From assembly GCF_001194135.2 (NCBI RefSeq), contig NC_068981.1:86096249-86130598 (forward strand): a stretch of DNA of 34,350 nucleotides. Reading direction: 5' to 3'. The position numbers and the translations under genes were made by a program. The notes below the pieces were generated by a model. It did no database searches. It saw only the letters and a list, made by a program, of their open reading frames with translations, and had not been told where the DNA came from. Shown piece after piece: positions 32,516-34,350 of this stretch. How positions within the stretch are numbered: the first letter of the stretch is position 1; every line of letters begins with the position of its first letter. The DNA is from Octopus bimaculoides. Lineage: Eukaryota.

Positions 32516-33725
32516 TTGGGTTGGCCAAAAAGTCTGTCCAGTTTTTGTCAACACTACATGTCAAGCACTCTAATAAGTCTGTCAATCTGTCCCTTGCACA
32601 TGTGCACTCATTAGATACTTGATACTTCAACGTAGTTCAATGTGAACTTGCAATGAGACAGGTTGCATATTGTGTGCTGAGGATCACCTTGAAAGTGGAA
32701 AACCAAAACAAACATTACTGACAACTCAAGCTTTTCTATTTAAAATAAAAAAAGCGTGGAAATCTGCAAGAAGATATGTGCTGTGTACAGAGAGAATGCC
32801 ACTACAGAACATGTGTGCCAGAAGTGGTTTTCAAGATTTTGATTGAGAAATTTTTTGATTCAAGAGCGCACCTTGCTCTGGTTGGCCAACTGAGATTAAC
32901 AGCAACACCAACCACCTTTATACAACTGAGATGATTGCAGATATTCCCCAAATATCAAAATCAAGTGTTGAAAACCATCTCCTTCAACTTGGCTACATCA
33001 GCAAGCTTGATTCTTGGGTCCCACATCTATTGGATGAGGCTAACCTCACCCAACAGATTTTCATCTGTGATTCATCGCAGAAACACAAACAAAATTACCA
33101 TTTTTTAAAGTGAATGATGATGAGGGATGAAAACAATGCAAAACATGAGCAATCATGAGAAAAGTGTGACAAACCACTACAAACAACCTCTAAAGCAGGA
33201 CTTCATCCAAAGAAAGTTATGCCTCCTATTTGGTGGGACTGGAAGGGTGTTGTCTTTTACGAGCTTCTTCCCACAGACAGGACCATCTATTTGAATGTGT
33301 ACTGTAACCAGCTGGACAAATTAAATGTAGTGATCCACCAGAAGTGTTCAGCACTTGCTAATCATAAAGTCATTGTCCTTCATCACAACAATGCCAGATC
33401 ACACACTTTTTTGTACACATGACAGAAGTTACTGAGGCTTGCCTGGGAAGTTTTGTCACACCCTACATATTCACCTTCAGATTTCCACCTCTTTCACTCT
33501 CTTCAAAATCCACCGAATGGATAGACTTTCAACTCTGAAGAGGATGTAAAAATTCATCTGAAAGAGTTTTTCCCCAGTAAAGACAGTAATAAATCTACCT
33601 CAAAGATGGCAGGAGATATTGGGATGAAATGGTAACTATATCATTGATTGAATAAATTGCTTTAAATTTAAAACTTGAGTCTTATTTTCACTTAAAAAAC
33701 TGAACAGACTTTTTGGCCAACCCAC
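32516..33725 (+). mobile_element. Full-length decayed mariner (Hsmar1/cecropia-like), ~1.21 kb
   Basis: TA-flanked TIRs TTGGGTTGGCCAAAAAGTCTGTCCAGTTTTT and AAAAAACTGAACAGACTTTTTGGCCAACCCAC. Remnant motifs WVPHLL, RDEK, HPKKVM..IWWDWKGV..YELLP, HNNARSH and HP.YSPSDFHLF are interrupted by stops and frameshifts. Confidence 0.92.
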
Positions 33726-33843
33726 TATGAACAAAACAAAGTTTATTTATTAATCAAAATAAAATAATCAGTTGTTTATTTATTAATTTCTTAATTAAAA
33801 ATTGATCTTGCTTATTTGGAATTAATATTTCTTTTGTTGTTAG

Positions 33844-33967
33844 GCAGACACTGCTACTCCAGTCAGAAAAATCTATCTCTGGAAACTGGCAACTTGTTCT
33901 CTGTCTCCTTGCTACTTGGTTACTAGTATTTTTAATACTTATTAAAGGAATACAGTCAATGGCTAAG
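33844..33967 (+). CDS. SLC6-like gene, coding exon E (end of EL2, TM4, start of TM5)
   Basis: Acceptor tttcttttgttgttAG and donor AAG|GTAAGC. Encodes (Q)QTLLLQSEKSISGNWQLVLCLLATWLLVFLILIKGIQSMAK, matching the SLC6 W.L..CLL..W...F..I.KG..S.GK pattern. 124 nt, phase 2-0. Confidence 0.92.
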
Positions 33968-34081
33968 GTAAGCACATTGGAAAATGTTGAAAACTAAAAT
34001 TTTCTCCATTTGTAATATTGTAAATGAGATAGCGATTGAAATTTAATATATATATATATGTATATATTATTATATATATGT

Positions 34082-34350
34082 ATCATCATCATCATCATCG
34101 TTTAACGTCCGCTTTCCATGCTAGCATGGGTTGGACGATTTGACTGAGGACTGGTGAAACCGGATGGCAACACCAGGCTCCAGTCTGATTTGGCAGAGTT
34201 TCTACAGCTGGATGCCCTTCCTAACGCCAACCACTCAGAGAGTGTAGTGGGTGCTTTTACGTGTCACCCGCACGAAAACGGCCACGCTCGAAATGGTGTC
34301 TTTTATGTGCCACCCGCACAAGCCAGTCCAGGGGCACTGGCAACGATCTC
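34082..34350 (-). mobile_element. RTE LINE 3' end, young copy (continues beyond the window)
   Basis: (CAT)n-CGTTTAACGTCCGCTTTCCATGCTAGCATGGGTTGGACG, with CpGs retained. Homologous to 30722-30900. Confidence 0.85.

Overview
Eukaryotic, AT-rich, repeat-dense genomic DNA with three assembly gaps. The SINE, LINE and microsatellite repertoire looks like that of an octopus (inferred from memory of the repeat families, not from a database search). The only host gene I can support is on the + strand: five GT-AG coding exons (16760-17063, 24551-24682, 28132-28269, 29927-30086, 33844-33967). They splice in frame to 286 aa covering the N-terminal tail through TM5 of an SLC6/NSS (sodium:neurotransmitter symporter) family protein. 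The start-codon exon and the 3' exons were not found. TM1 is strongly non-canonical (SLALNISSILHFAS instead of G[FY]AV[GD]LGNVWRFPY), and three of the altered codons are one or two A-to-G changes from the canonical residue. The rest is intronic or intergenic mobile DNA: four tRNA-headed SINE types, RTE and CR1-like LINE remnants, two Penelope-like GIY-YIG remnants (one with a hammerhead-like motif), two mariner copies, a TTAA-flanked MITE and many microsatellites. Most entries in the ORF track are microsatellite or gap artefacts.
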